Assembly (NCBI GenBank): GCA_963803975.1
Contig: CAWDOY010000025.1
Span: forward strand, 64,001 to 128,000
Direction of reading: 5' to 3'
Source: an uncultured delta proteobacterium
GTDB taxonomy: Bacteria > Desulfobacterota > WTBG01 > CAIYCZ01
Length of the DNA: 64,000 bases
Each line of letters opens with the position of its first letter. Position 1 is the first letter of the stretch. The notes beneath the pieces are model-generated. The model was not told the DNA's origin, ran no database searches, and worked only from the letters and a program-made list of their open reading frames with translations. Positions 45,049 through 54,630 of this stretch are shown one piece after another. The position numbers and the translations under genes were made by a program.

Positions 45049-45507
45049 TTACTTTTTTGTGCCAAAAAAGAACGCCTTGGTCTCATCCTGTTTATCATAA
45101 CCACTTATATTGAGCTGAGAATAGGTAACATTCATCTGGCCGATAATAATGGTATCGATAAGATTTATTCCTTTGACATCAAATGTATATTTATCTAACG
45201 AGTTCTCAGTAATAACTTCATAGTTTGCAGTAAAAGAGATTCCGTCTTCATTAAACGCACCACTGCCTCCCACACCCACGACACCGCCATCAAAGCTGTC
45301 AACTATGAAGTTATCATCATCTTCAAATGTAAACGCATCATGTTTAACATCCCCTTTGCTGCAATAGTCTCCGGCATCATCTCTACAGAACGCCGTTATC
45401 TCATAGTCATTTCCATTAAGAGATACAAGCGTTACAGCATATGATGCTGAAGAGAATGTTAAAAACAAACCAGTAACCATGATTGCTATCATCATTAATT
45501 TTTTCAT
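45049..45507 (-). CDS. Exported beta-rich hypothetical protein
   Basis: Signal peptide ending SYA-V, 152 aa, two Cys. Confidence 0.7.
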   Translation of the reverse strand: MKKLMMIAIMVTGLFLTFSSASYAVTLVSLNGNDYEITAFCRDDAGDYCSKGDVKHDAFTFEDDDNFIVDSFDGGVVGVGGSGAFNEDGISFTANYEVITENSLDKYTFDVKGINLIDTIIIGQMNVTYSQLNISGYDKQDETKAFFFGTKK

Positions 45508-45679
45508 ACATGATTCCCTTTCTTATCTTGAAATTTCTATTACGTGGGTCCCCACCATCCTGTTTTCTCATGGTCAAGCATCAGGTTCGATCTCATGAGC
45601 CCGCAGCTTTCTGCCATTCTGCAGGAGCCTTTCGGCGCTGCGCAGGATAAACTCTGCGGTTAAAACATTTTGCCTCTGG

Positions 45680-45901
45680 TCACCCCTTTCTGTTCCCCAC
45701 GACCAGCAGCACGATGCCTCCCACGAGCGCAATAGCTCCGAGGATCGGCGGCAGGGGAAACGTTTTCGTTTTCTCAGCAGTCATCTGGATAGGACCGAGA
45801 TCGACGACCTTCTCTCTGGTTGTATACGTGATGCCCTGGTACGTGAACACCACGACGCCTACAGCGATCAGTATGATTGCAATTATGGTTTTTGTACTCA
45901 T
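45680..45901 (-). CDS. DUF3185-like small membrane protein
   Basis: LI..G+...YQGITYT.REKV+DLGP+...AEK.KT.PLPP+LG. Confidence 0.8.
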   Translation of the reverse strand: MSTKTIIAIILIAVGVVVFTYQGITYTTREKVVDLGPIQMTAEKTKTFPLPPILGAIALVGGIVLLVVGNRKG

Positions 45902-45939
45902 CTCGAACCTCCAATTTCCTTTTCTCGGTCAAGTGCTTC

Positions 45940-46089
45940 TTACACTGCTCGTCGGCCCTGAATGATGTTGACCAGCACCATGATAACGGCAACCACCATC
46001 AGGATGTGAACAAACCCTCCCATCGTGTAACTGGTCACCAACCCCAGCAGCCACAAAACTATCAGTATCACGGCAATTGTCCACAGCAT
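45940..46089 (-). CDS. lmo0937-family small membrane protein, copy 1 (49 aa)
   Basis: Manual translation MLWTIAVILIVLWLLGLVTSYTMGGFVHILMVVAVIMVLVNIIQGRRAV*. Confidence 0.9.
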   Translation of the reverse strand: MLWTIAVILIVLWLLGLVTSYTMGGFVHILMVVAVIMVLVNIIQGRRAV

Positions 46090-46175
46090 ATGATCCTCCT
46101 TTCAGTTTGCTCTTGGATTCACTGCCGGTTGGTTCAGTCCCGCACCAGCCGGCAGAGATCCAGAGTCTATTGACA

Positions 46176-46973
46176 CTACTCGATGGTCATCTGGTTGTTT
46201 ACGCTCTTCACGCCGTGAACGTCTTTCACGAATTTAGTGGCCAGATCCTTCTCGGACTCGTTTTTGGCCTTGCCACTCAACGTGACCGCTCCATCATTCG
46301 TCTCGACCTTGGTGTTGAGGGCGCTGGTCGAGCGATGATACAGCAACGTCATCTTGACCAGGGCGGTGATGGACGCGTCATCAACCGATTCGCCCACGTC
46401 ATCAATCTTTTCGCCCATTGTTTCGCCCGGTTTTACTGAAGTCTTAGCTACTGTCATCTTGTTTATCACGCTTTTGACGTCTTCTACATCCTTGGCGTAT
46501 TCGGTCGTCAGTTCCTTTTGTGCCTGGCTGGAGGCATTGCCGCGCAGGGTTACGATGCCTTTTTTGGCGGAAACCTTGGTCTGGTAGGCGCTCACGTTGC
46601 GATGGAACAGGAGCGTGGCTTTCACTTTTGCACTGAGCCACGCATCTGAGTTAGCGGCGGCGCGTACCCCTTTGATTTCCAGTTTGTTGTCAACGCTTTT
46701 GACCCCGGGCAGGCTCGCCACGGTCCCCTGAGCCAGCGCGCGGTTCATTTCTTCGGCGACAGTACCCGTCAAGGTGACAACGCCATCACTGGACTGGATT
46801 TTAATATCATCATCCTTGAGGTAGGTCTTGAACACATAGGACTTCCTGGCTGTTGATTCGATGCGGTCATCCGTCTCGGATGCGCGCAGAGGCACGCTGC
46901 TTACCAGCAGAGCGACCACAGCCACCATCAGTGGCACAAAATACATTGCTTTTATTGCTTTCATTGTTCTCAT
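46176..46973 (-). CDS. Triple BON-domain (OsmY-like) protein
   Basis: Three BON repeats: D..I...., GVVTL.G, V..V.N.+; signal peptide. Confidence 0.92.
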   Translation of the reverse strand: MRTMKAIKAMYFVPLMVAVVALLVSSVPLRASETDDRIESTARKSYVFKTYLKDDDIKIQSSDGVVTLTGTVAEEMNRALAQGTVASLPGVKSVDNKLEIKGVRAAANSDAWLSAKVKATLLFHRNVSAYQTKVSAKKGIVTLRGNASSQAQKELTTEYAKDVEDVKSVINKMTVAKTSVKPGETMGEKIDDVGESVDDASITALVKMTLLYHRSTSALNTKVETNDGAVTLSGKAKNESEKDLATKFVKDVHGVKSVNNQMTIE

Positions 46974-47079
46974 GGTACTCTCCTTTATGTTGTTGTATGT
47001 TGTTACGTTTATTTTCGTTTCTGTCTCCCTTGAAAAGAATATGAGCTGCCCCTTCACGCCTTTCTTCCGAGCATCTTCT

Positions 47080-47271
47080 TCACCTGCCCACATAAATCCC
47101 GGGGAAATTGGTTAAAACACCAAACACCCGCAATAGCCACAGAATCACTACAATAATCACGACGATATTCAGTATTTTCTTTATATTAGCATCCATCGGT
47201 ATGTAGTTATTAACCAGCCATAGAAGCACCCCAACGATAACCAGAACAAGAATTAATTGAATTAACGGCAC
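47080..47271 (-). CDS. Thivi_2564-like small membrane protein
   Basis: MPLI....VL+++GVLLWL+N.YIPM...IK.ILN.VV+I.V+LWLL. Confidence 0.85.
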   Translation of the reverse strand: MPLIQLILVLVIVGVLLWLVNNYIPMDANIKKILNIVVIIVVILWLLRVFGVLTNFPGIYVGR

Positions 47272-47428
47272 AGTGTTTCTCCTTTCTTATTTGTTGCAAT
47301 GTTCACAAATTATGTATGCGCGCTGGGTGGTGTCCCACTGCTGATACAATTTTTACATTGCTGGTTACCCGTTTCTCACTCTCATCCTTCATGTCGTCAG
47401 CGCGGTTTTGGTCATGATCTCCCGCTTA

Positions 47429-47578
47429 CTACACGGCACTCCGGCCTTGAATGATGTTGACCAGCACCATGATAACGGCAACCACAATCAGGATGTGAAT
47501 AAACCCTCCCATCGTGTAACTGCTCACCAACCCCAGCAGCCACAAAACTATCAGTATCACTGCAATCGTCCACAACAT
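47429..47578 (-). CDS. lmo0937-family small membrane protein, copy 2 (49 aa)
   Basis: Manual translation MLWTIAVILIVLWLLGLVSSYTMGGFIHILIVVAVIMVLVNIIQGRSAV*. Confidence 0.9.
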   Translation of the reverse strand: MLWTIAVILIVLWLLGLVSSYTMGGFIHILIVVAVIMVLVNIIQGRSAV

Positions 47579-47933
47579 ATGATCCTCCTTTCACTTGTTT
47601 AAACTGGCACAATCCGCACAGCGCCACTTCCCCTGCAATGATCCCGTATGCTGATATGCCTTTGCCCTGCTTGCACACCAAACACCTCATGATTTACGGG
47701 GTGCCGGGTTCGTAATGGATTGTTAATTAGGGCACATAATGTTGTAATAAATTGTCGCAGCGACTATTAATAAAATGACTTGTTCCATGATTACCCTCTC
47801 TTTGCTATTTCTCTTTTTCTGCACATATCACTCTCCTTTGAAAAAGCCTCAGTCAGCAAAAAAACTGAAGGGAACGTTTAGAATTGGGTTGTTCGATTGA
47901 ATAAATCTTAGCTTTAAATATCCCCATTGTCTG

Positions 47934-48278
47934 TCAGGAAAGTTTGACATTTTGTGTAGGGAATGTTTGATTGATTAAGCCCTCCATTCCCGTTGGGTGG
48001 AAAACGGTGTGGAACAGCATTTCATAGGGCTCTTGGAGAAGGCTCATCGCTCCCCGAAGTACCCTGAAACGCCCTGACTTCAGGTAGCTCTTAAGGTTCT
48101 TTTGGGTATCCCATTCCTCAAGAAGACAGAGTTCATTTTCATTCTCCATACTCTGACAAAAGTCGCAGCGCCTGCATCCCTTCTCCGCTCGTATGGAGCC
48201 GATCAGTGAAGCAATCGTCTGTGACAGCTCCATGCGCTTCTCAGAAAGAACCTTCATTCGTATCATGATAAGTATCAT
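47934..48278 (-). CDS. ABM-family (antibiotic biosynthesis monooxygenase-like) protein, copy 1
   Basis: EKR.EL.QT+.SL...IR.EKGC..C.F.QS.E.ENE+.L+EEW. Confidence 0.8.
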   Translation of the reverse strand: MILIMIRMKVLSEKRMELSQTIASLIGSIRAEKGCRRCDFCQSMENENELCLLEEWDTQKNLKSYLKSGRFRVLRGAMSLLQEPYEMLFHTVFHPTGMEGLINQTFPTQNVKLS

Positions 48279-48290
48279 GAAGACTCTAAT

Positions 48291-48306
48291 TGCAAAGGGG
48301 TTGCCA
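48291..48306 (-). promoter_or_regulatory. Sigma-54 -24/-12 promoter, copy 1
   Basis: Minus strand TGGCAA-CCCCT-TTGCA matches TGGCA-N6-TTGCW with correct GG-N10-GC spacing. Confidence 0.8.
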
Positions 48307-48402
48307 ACAACCGTAAAAAACAAAAGTTTTGAATTAATCCTTTAATAACAGGGGTTTGGATTGATAGAAGAGAATTAGAGAAGTAAGAAACGATCTGGTT
48401 GG

Positions 48403-48436
48403 CCACTATATTTAGTGGAACCTCAGCATATTGAGG
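48403..48436. promoter_or_regulatory. Pair of palindromic sites (candidate UAS), copy 1
   Basis: CCACTA-TATT-TAGTGG and CCTCAG-CATA-TTGAGG, ~110-145 bp upstream of the -12. Confidence 0.6.
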
Positions 48437-48555
48437 GATACTTTGAAGGGAGGAGGACCGTCTAATCTGGTTCTTTTGTCTCCGGGCAGACCCAGGAAGA
48501 GCGCAAATGAAAATAATAATTAGAACCGTCCCCTTTTACTTTTAACGAATCGAAT

Positions 48556-50430
48556 TTAAACCATGATCGCGTGGCCGCAATCCGGCTGCAGTTGCTCCCT
48601 GGGTCGAAGCAAGAGCGGCTGGATCAGGAGGCGGATCTGTTCTTGAGCGTCTGCCAACGTCCCAACAACATGAGTTGCTGCGCCGCAACCGATGCGTTCT
48701 TTCGCCTTGTTCAGGTCGCCTTGAACGTTCCACAATCCCACGATCAGATGCGCTTCCGGAAAACGACCACGAAGACGCTTGCACAGGTACCGAGCATGCG
48801 TCGCGGCGGCGGGAGGCATGGCGGAAATACAAACCACATCGGCTTTACGCTGTTCGACAAGGTCAACCATCTCGCTGACCAGAGCCGTCACCGAGACGGC
48901 TTGCACAAGGCATCCCGTCATCTCCAATACTTGCGCGAGCATCATTCCAGCGATTTCATCCGCCGCGTCGCGAGCGGGCAGGCAGAGGATGCAAAGCCTT
49001 GATGAGTCAGTCGCATTAACGAGACTGGAATCTGCGCATATCTTACGTGTATCATTCTTATCTTCTTGTAACTTCAATTCCTGCTGGCGCTCACCCAACT
49101 CTTCAACCGTCTCCTTCAGGCTCTGGAACATGAACTTGTGCCTATCCTCGTTGAGGTCGCCGCGATGCCAATGCGTCTCGGCCATGGCCAGTGCCGGGAT
49201 GAGCACCGTGTCGTAGACTTCGACGAGGGGCCGGTGTTCAAGGTCATCCAGGACCAATTCGGCCGCCTCTTCCTGATCTCCCGCCAAAAGCCGCTGATAG
49301 ACGCGCGTCTTCAGGTCAAAGACCGGTTCATTGCCCAGCAGCGTGTCCAGGAAGGACAGTTGCGGAACGTGCTTGCCGATCACCAGAAGGCACAGGGTCA
49401 ACGGGGTCGCGACGAGCAGCCCTATAGGTCCCCATAACCAGGTCCAGAAGACAGCGGCTACCAGGATGGCCGTGGATGACATACCGGTGTTCTTGCCAAA
49501 TATCCATGGCTCCATGACGTTGGCGACGAAAAGCTCCAGAACCACAAACAGCCCCAACGTCAGGAGAAGCGTTACCCAGCCCGTAGAGATGGCCATGGCC
49601 AGGCCGAGCGGCGCTGCCGCAGCGCTCCACGCGCCGATGTATGGAATAAACCTCAAGGCAGTGGCCAGGATCCCCCACAGGATGGCGCTGGGCAAGCCGA
49701 TGAAGTAAAGCCCGATGGCGATCGAAAGGCCGAAAGTGATATTGATTAACAATTGCGTCAGGAGAAAGCGGCTGACCCGCGTAATGGCGTCTTCCAGTGT
49801 CTGCGTGGTCACGGTCACTTGACCTCCCCCAATCAGGCGAATGAAGCGATCGCGCAAGTCCTCACGCCGGATCAGGAAAAACACCACCAGCACGATGACG
49901 ATGCCGGTCGAGCACATCACCACGAACATCGAGCCGAACGTGCCTCCAATAACTTGCAGGGGGCTCGGTGGCGAGAGGACCACGCGAACCGGCTGGGGCT
50001 TTTCCTCGCGTCCCTGTGGCTCGTCGGCCGGCTCTGATGGCGGCACACTCTGGCCAATGTCTTCGGCTGTTGTTCTGACCTTGTTCAGCGCGGCCCTGAA
50101 ATAGTCGTTGACCGAATGCAGCTTCGTTTGAATGTTCCTCTGGTATGCGGGTATTCTTGGGGCCAAGTCGATCATTTGAACCGTTATTGCCCATGCGCCT
50201 GTGCCCAGCAGCGTGAAAGCCAGAACAGCCGTAACCAACACGGACGGGATTCGACCCAATTTCCGCCGCTCCAACCAGCCACACACGGGAGCCAGAAGAA
50301 AGCTCAGCAGCACGGCCAGCGTCAATGGAATCAGAACGCCCCTGGCCAGGTAAAGAGCCGCCACCACGCCGGCGAGCGACGCCAGCGTCAACATCCACGA
50401 CGACTTAATGAAATGGTCCGAGCTGCTCAT
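48556..50430 (-). CDS. AI-2E family transporter with C-terminal extension (B12-binding-like domain)
   Basis: LIPL.LAVLLSFLL.P, REDLRDRFIRL, LRFIPY+G, FWTWLWGP+GL++ATPLT.CL, YQRLLAGD..EA, DEIAGMMLAQ+L. Confidence 0.9.
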   Translation of the reverse strand: MSSSDHFIKSSWMLTLASLAGVVAALYLARGVLIPLTLAVLLSFLLAPVCGWLERRKLGRIPSVLVTAVLAFTLLGTGAWAITVQMIDLAPRIPAYQRNIQTKLHSVNDYFRAALNKVRTTAEDIGQSVPPSEPADEPQGREEKPQPVRVVLSPPSPLQVIGGTFGSMFVVMCSTGIVIVLVVFFLIRREDLRDRFIRLIGGGQVTVTTQTLEDAITRVSRFLLTQLLINITFGLSIAIGLYFIGLPSAILWGILATALRFIPYIGAWSAAAAPLGLAMAISTGWVTLLLTLGLFVVLELFVANVMEPWIFGKNTGMSSTAILVAAVFWTWLWGPIGLLVATPLTLCLLVIGKHVPQLSFLDTLLGNEPVFDLKTRVYQRLLAGDQEEAAELVLDDLEHRPLVEVYDTVLIPALAMAETHWHRGDLNEDRHKFMFQSLKETVEELGERQQELKLQEDKNDTRKICADSSLVNATDSSRLCILCLPARDAADEIAGMMLAQVLEMTGCLVQAVSVTALVSEMVDLVEQRKADVVCISAMPPAAATHARYLCKRLRGRFPEAHLIVGLWNVQGDLNKAKERIGCGAATHVVGTLADAQEQIRLLIQPLLLRPREQLQPDCGHAIMV

Positions 50431-50688
50431 GCGGTTCTCTAATAAATCGGGATAGTTATTTATTTTGCTTCTCCTCAAACTGTGAATAAACTATTTGGGT
50501 GATTATGTATCGTTATTGTTCATTCGTATTATATCCTGACGAGTTTTTCTGCTTTTCCCTACCTTCGTTTAGCGCCAGCACCTTTGCCGCCACCAGGCCC
50601 GATACCCATATTGCACCCCGGAGGCAACTGAGCAATTTGTCCGGCTTTTCCTGATTTTTTCGATTGCTTTTTCCAGTAACAGAACGGA

Positions 50689-50958
50689 TTAACGGAAAAA
50701 CGCCAGAGCAATGTCGGAGAGCGCGTTGACCACGGGTTGGGCAAACCGGCCGATACGCGAGCGACGAGAGCTTACACCAAAGAGAAACCCCAGTCCTGCT
50801 CCTATCCCTAATGAGATAAGAATTGTCTTGCCCGGATTTTCGCTGCTAAAACTCTTGGCCTGCGCATACGTTTCGCTTACCGCCTGGGCTGTTTTATCAT
50901 AAACTTCATTTACCGTTTCCTGCTTGGGGGTCTCGTTTTCGTTGTGTTCGACATCCAT
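50689..50958 (-). CDS. DUF883/ElaB-YqjD-like tail-anchored protein
   Basis: Amphipathic N-part, ENPGKT+L+.LG+G.G+GFL then basic RRSR. Confidence 0.7.
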   Translation of the reverse strand: MDVEHNENETPKQETVNEVYDKTAQAVSETYAQAKSFSSENPGKTILISLGIGAGLGFLFGVSSRRSRIGRFAQPVVNALSDIALAFFR

Positions 50959-51008
50959 GGTATCCTCCTAAGAAAGATTAAACGTTATTTCTTATTTTTA
51001 ATAACTTT

Positions 51009-51482
51009 TTACGTATCCACTCTCGGGCTACTGGTTGAACCACGTCCTGTCTGCGGTCGTGGCCCGAGGCCATTGCTTGCCATAGCTGTCGAGGTTGCGT
51101 TCTTTATCCAGCTGGCGGCAGCCTTCGTGGCAATAGCCAGCAGGGTCAACTTGATTAGGCCGGGTCCAGTGGCTCCGGCAAGGCCACCGAGTGAGTCGTG
51201 AACTTCCTCGGCAATGGAACTCATGATTCGCTCCATGGGAGTAGCGCGTGTTATGAACATCCATGAGGCAAGATAGCCAATGCCGGCGGCAGCCCCCAGC
51301 GCCCAGTATGGAGAGTCCTTCACATATTCACGCCAATCCAGTTTCTCCTTGATACGATCGCCGATTTGCTCGACGGTCTGGGAAATGTTCTCTTCTCCTT
51401 TAGCTATATCCTCACGTATATCTTCGGCACTGCGCTCGGCATCCGCCTCCTTTGTGTTATTTATATACTCTCTTTCAGCCAT
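51009..51482 (-). CDS. DUF3618-like protein
   Basis: RS..+IR.DI....E.+..TV..+G.++.EKLDWR.YV...P+.ALG.A.G. Confidence 0.75.
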   Translation of the reverse strand: MAEREYINNTKEADAERSAEDIREDIAKGEENISQTVEQIGDRIKEKLDWREYVKDSPYWALGAAAGIGYLASWMFITRATPMERIMSSIAEEVHDSLGGLAGATGPGLIKLTLLAIATKAAASWIKNATSTAMASNGLGPRPQTGRGSTSSPRVDT

Positions 51483-51517
51483 TCCTTGTCCTCCTTTTCA
51501 ACTGTTTGAATTGTCTT

Positions 51518-51874
51518 CTATGTTTTAAGGATCGATTTCTTCAATTGCTTGTAGCCGATGAAAACAATGACGAGACCGATTAAAGCAAGCGCCGCTCCAG
51601 TAACAAGCGCCGCAATGACGGGGGCCATATAAGCAGTGAGTCCGATGATCAATGCAGCGCAAAGAGACATGAATGCGGCAAAACTGATGACCGCTCCTGT
51701 CGCGACGGTTAAGACTCCGCTGCGAACAGCCCTCACCTTTTCGCGAATTCCCTGGACCACGAGCTCAATTTCGTCGCGAAACATCGCGGTTGCGTTGTTG
51801 ACAAGCTGTCCCAACAGTTCAGTGAAGGATTCGCGTTGTGTTGCAGGGTCCTTGTTTACCACGTTGTTGTTCAT
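51518..51874 (-). CDS. Phage-holin-like (DUF1469 / holin superfamily III) membrane protein
   Basis: S..EL+.QL......+.RDE+EL...++.EK, two TM helices; usual neighbour of DUF3618/DUF883. Confidence 0.8.
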   Translation of the reverse strand: MNNNVVNKDPATQRESFTELLGQLVNNATAMFRDEIELVVQGIREKVRAVRSGVLTVATGAVISFAAFMSLCAALIIGLTAYMAPVIAALVTGAALALIGLVIVFIGYKQLKKSILKT

Positions 51875-51891
51875 TGGGAAAAACCGCCTCC

Positions 51892-52245
51892 TTACCGGCG
51901 TCGCACAAGAGCTCCGATAATCAGGCCGACCCCTCCTGTTATCAAGAGGCTGCGCCCCGGGTTCTGCCTGACGTATTCTCGTACCCTGGCATCTGCCTGC
52001 TCATAGTCGAACTGCCGAACGTACGTGGCTGATTGGTCCAACCACTCGGATGCCTGCTTTCCGTACTGAGCTATGCTGGATTGCGCGTCCTGATCTGCCG
52101 CTTTTTCGCCTAAAGCCTCAGCAACAGTATGCAACTTATCAGCAATAATATTTTTGACATTATCGAAGCCGGTTGACTTACCCGAACCTTGAGACTCTGC
52201 CGCGGGTTCTCCCGTTTCATCAACTACCCGATTGTTTATTCCCAT
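51892..52245 (-). CDS. DUF883-like hypothetical protein
   Basis: A..L+..A.Y+R..D....+..+..YVRQNPG.SLL+.G.VGL++G.L+RRR. Confidence 0.75.
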   Translation of the reverse strand: MGINNRVVDETGEPAAESQGSGKSTGFDNVKNIIADKLHTVAEALGEKAADQDAQSSIAQYGKQASEWLDQSATYVRQFDYEQADARVREYVRQNPGRSLLITGGVGLIIGALVRRR

Positions 52246-52290
52246 AGTTCACCTCATAAAAAGTTAAAGGGCGATGCTTGCAAAGCGACC

Positions 52291-52371
52291 TCATGTTTTA
52301 AGGAATGCCAGCAGGTCGGCGTTGAGCTGGTCTTTGTGCGTGTCCGCGAGGCCGTGGGGTGCGCCCGCGTA
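52291..52371 (-). pseudogene. 3' remnant of a non-heme haloperoxidase (alpha/beta hydrolase) gene
   Basis: Manual translation [26 protein letters not shown]; no upstream coding continuation recognised. Confidence 0.7.
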
Positions 52372-52461
52372 GGGGTTGCTTGCCCTCTTTGTCCCGTATT
52401 CCGAGCTCTTGTTATATCAACTCTTTGCTGATCATTAGCCTACCCCCCGCTGTGGATCGAC

Positions 52462-52674
52462 TCAGGTGCACCCACGCAGGAAAAATAGCACCAATAAGAT
52501 CGGGACCGGAACTCCCAATGCCCAAAGTAAAATCCACCCCACTTTCCCTTTTTCTGTTTTGGGGCGCCCTTTACTTTCTTTTTGTTCGCCCGACCCGCGA
52601 TCATGGGACTTGCCGCGTGCCCTCTGCTGAGAATCCCATGCCTTCAGTAGTTCTTTTTCTTGTTGTTTTGTCAT
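52462..52674 (-). CDS. Small protein with C-terminal GWILLW.LG+P+PILL TM motif
   Basis: 70-aa ORF, basic N-part, single TM ending LRGCT. Confidence 0.55.
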   Translation of the reverse strand: MTKQQEKELLKAWDSQQRARGKSHDRGSGEQKESKGRPKTEKGKVGWILLWALGVPVPILLVLFFLRGCT

Positions 52675-52711
52675 GATGCTTCTTCTTTATGATGATTTCA
52701 AAAAAATCCTT

Positions 52712-52891
52712 CTACTTGCCCACCACTTTCTTTACCTGGCCTATCTTTTCCTGAACTTTACCGCCTAAATTTTCTCCCTTGCCTTCGGCTTCCAGATCGC
52801 GATTCCCGGCTATTTTCCCGACGACCTCCTTTATCTTACCTTTTGCCTGGTGCATCTTGCCTTCTGCGTTGTCTTGTGTGCTTGATTTCAT
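52712..52891 (-). CDS. csbD: CsbD family general stress protein (59 aa, absent from ORF track)
   Basis: Manual translation MKSSTQDNAEGKMHQAKGKIKEVVGKIAGNRDLEAEGKGENLGGKVQEKIGQVKKVVGK*. Confidence 0.9.
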   Translation of the reverse strand: MKSSTQDNAEGKMHQAKGKIKEVVGKIAGNRDLEAEGKGENLGGKVQEKIGQVKKVVGK

Positions 52892-53097
52892 GGTATTTCT
52901 CCTGTTTGATTCTGGTTTGAGTCTTTTTTATCTATTTCTTTTTTTTCATGGGATCTTTGCCAGGTTTACTTTTAAACCGCTCCATCATCATCTGCCTGCC
53001 TTGATCGCCGTCTCATATCTTCTATCTTGTCCTGCTTTCGATTTTGCATCATGCAGCTATAAAACACTGTCAGGTCGCTCTCAACATTGAACACGCG

Positions 53098-53547
53098 TCA
53101 CCTCTTTACCACTAGAACCGGGATTTTGGTATCTTCGTGGATCACACCATAGGTAACACTGCCAAGGATCGCAGCTGCTAAAGCGCTTTGTCCATGGGAA
53201 CCCATAACAATAAGGTCTACCTTTGACTTCTTGGCCTCTTTCACAATCTCCGCAACAGGGTGTCCTGGTTTTATAACAGCCTTCGATTGAACATTTTTTG
53301 TTTCACACAGTTTCGTTATTTCTCCAGCATACCCTTCAGCAGCCTCTCGCAGATAATCCTCGATAGGTTCTATTACATGCTTTGCCGTCTGCGCGGCAGG
53401 AACTGTCTGGCCCATAAATGAGCGTTGATCAATAACGCTCAGAACAATTACCGAAGCTTTCAACTGTTTTGCAAGATCAACCCCATACCTTGCTGCCTTT
53501 TGCGCTGTCTTTGACCCGTCTGTCAGCACAAGAACCTTTGAAATCAT
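53098..53547 (-). CDS. Universal stress protein
   Basis: KVLV.TDGS..A.KA, G.P..EI+..A....VDLIVMGSHG, LGSV...V+....PVLVV. Confidence 0.93.
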   Translation of the reverse strand: MISKVLVLTDGSKTAQKAARYGVDLAKQLKASVIVLSVIDQRSFMGQTVPAAQTAKHVIEPIEDYLREAAEGYAGEITKLCETKNVQSKAVIKPGHPVAEIVKEAKKSKVDLIVMGSHGQSALAAAILGSVTYGVIHEDTKIPVLVVKR

Positions 53548-53601
53548 GATCACTCCTTTAAAATCTCCAAATTTAATCTGCAAACAATTTGACTCGTGGC
53601 C

Positions 53602-54279
53602 TCATGAAGGACATTTTTCCGGCGGTTCTTCGCAATAATTTCTTGTATCTATTCCCCCCCCAAACAAACGCTGTCTTCCACATGACGCGCTAAGGGGTAT
53701 TGACAGCATACTCACTATTTCCTGCTTGGTGAGCGGAAGGTATATATTGACCTCCGTAGCTTGTCCCAGCCGTCTCTCTATTTTCATGCTCCCCTGATGC
53801 TGTTTGATAACGCGGTAACCTATCGGGAGAGCCGGACCCTTGCCCTGATTACCGGTTATATAGAATGTCTCAAATATTTTATCTTTAATCTTCTCATCAA
53901 TAACTACGCCTCTATCTGCAAGGGAAATGAATGCGCATGCACCTACCATAGAATCGTCCCCATCGAGAAGAGATTCGATTTCAAAATTGACCTGGTTGAT
54001 ATTCAGTGAAAATTTGCCGCTGCCGGGCATTGCATCCATTGCATTCTTTAAAAGGTGTGTCACTGCTTCTTTCATAAGGGCCATGTCTGCCATGATCCTC
54101 AGGTTTTTTTCTAAAAGTGTTATTGTTATGTCAATATCCCGGTCAACATACTGTGGCAACAAACCCCCCACCATTCTCGTAATCTCGTTGAGATCCGTCT
54201 CCTTCAACCGCTGTTTCTCGTCAAGGCTGAAAGCGGGGAGGATTTTAATTTGGGGTTGTTTTTGATAACTCGCTATCAT
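53602..54279 (-). CDS. HATPase-only histidine-kinase-like protein (no H-box; degenerate G boxes)
   Basis: DLNE+, HLL.NAMDAMP..G, D.G..I...I..KIFE.F, ++KQH.G, T.V.IYLP. Confidence 0.7.
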   Translation of the reverse strand: MIASYQKQPQIKILPAFSLDEKQRLKETDLNEITRMVGGLLPQYVDRDIDITITLLEKNLRIMADMALMKEAVTHLLKNAMDAMPGSGKFSLNINQVNFEIESLLDGDDSMVGACAFISLADRGVVIDEKIKDKIFETFYITGNQGKGPALPIGYRVIKQHQGSMKIERRLGQATEVNIYLPLTKQEIVSMLSIPLSASCGRQRLFGGGIDTRNYCEEPPEKCPS

Positions 54280-54497
54280 TTCACACCTCCAAAGCTATTT
54301 AGTTGGACTCGTTGAATAAGCAAGCCTGCCCCGCAGTCCTTCAAGAGCTTCAGCACTGCCGGAGTAAGCAAATACTCCTCGTCCGTTGGCACCTGCTCTG
54401 AAACCGCTTCAATAAGATCATACAGGGTTGTTGCGACATGAACTGATGGTCTTTGCTTTTGCCGGTACTCCAGAAAGTTACTCGTAACTGTCAGCAT
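54276..54497 (-). CDS. Small hypothetical protein
   Basis: GGAGG RBS, overlaps next start (ATGA); TTLYDLIEA+SE.+...E+.L+..+V..LL. Confidence 0.6.
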   Translation of the reverse strand: MLTVTSNFLEYRQKQRPSVHVATTLYDLIEAVSEQVPTDEEYLLTPAVLKLLKDCGAGLLIQRVQLNSFGGVK

Positions 54498-54630
54498 TTT
54501 TCCTCCCTTTAATCCGGGCTACGGTAAGTAATCCGGAAGCTTTTACAGCAAATTTACTGCTATTGTCATGAACATTCATATACGTATTTTGCAGGAGCAC
54601 TGGGTACAACTCTCATGATCTATTCGATGA

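Larger units (their letters stand above)
47807..48485. repeat. ~680 bp direct repeat, copy 1 (promoter + ABM cassette)
   Basis: Collinear high similarity with 54869-55552. Confidence 0.92.

Noticed and set aside
51518..51874. Holin-like gene (and the cell-wall hydrolase at 60582) as prophage evidence
   Set aside because: This family normally sits with DUF883/DUF3618 in stress loci. No integrase, terminase or structural phage genes are present.
39340..54562. Additional sigma-54 promoters (e.g. near 39345, 47325, 47675, 54550)
   Set aside because: Wrong GG-GC spacing, a missing -24 GG, or poor flanking consensus.
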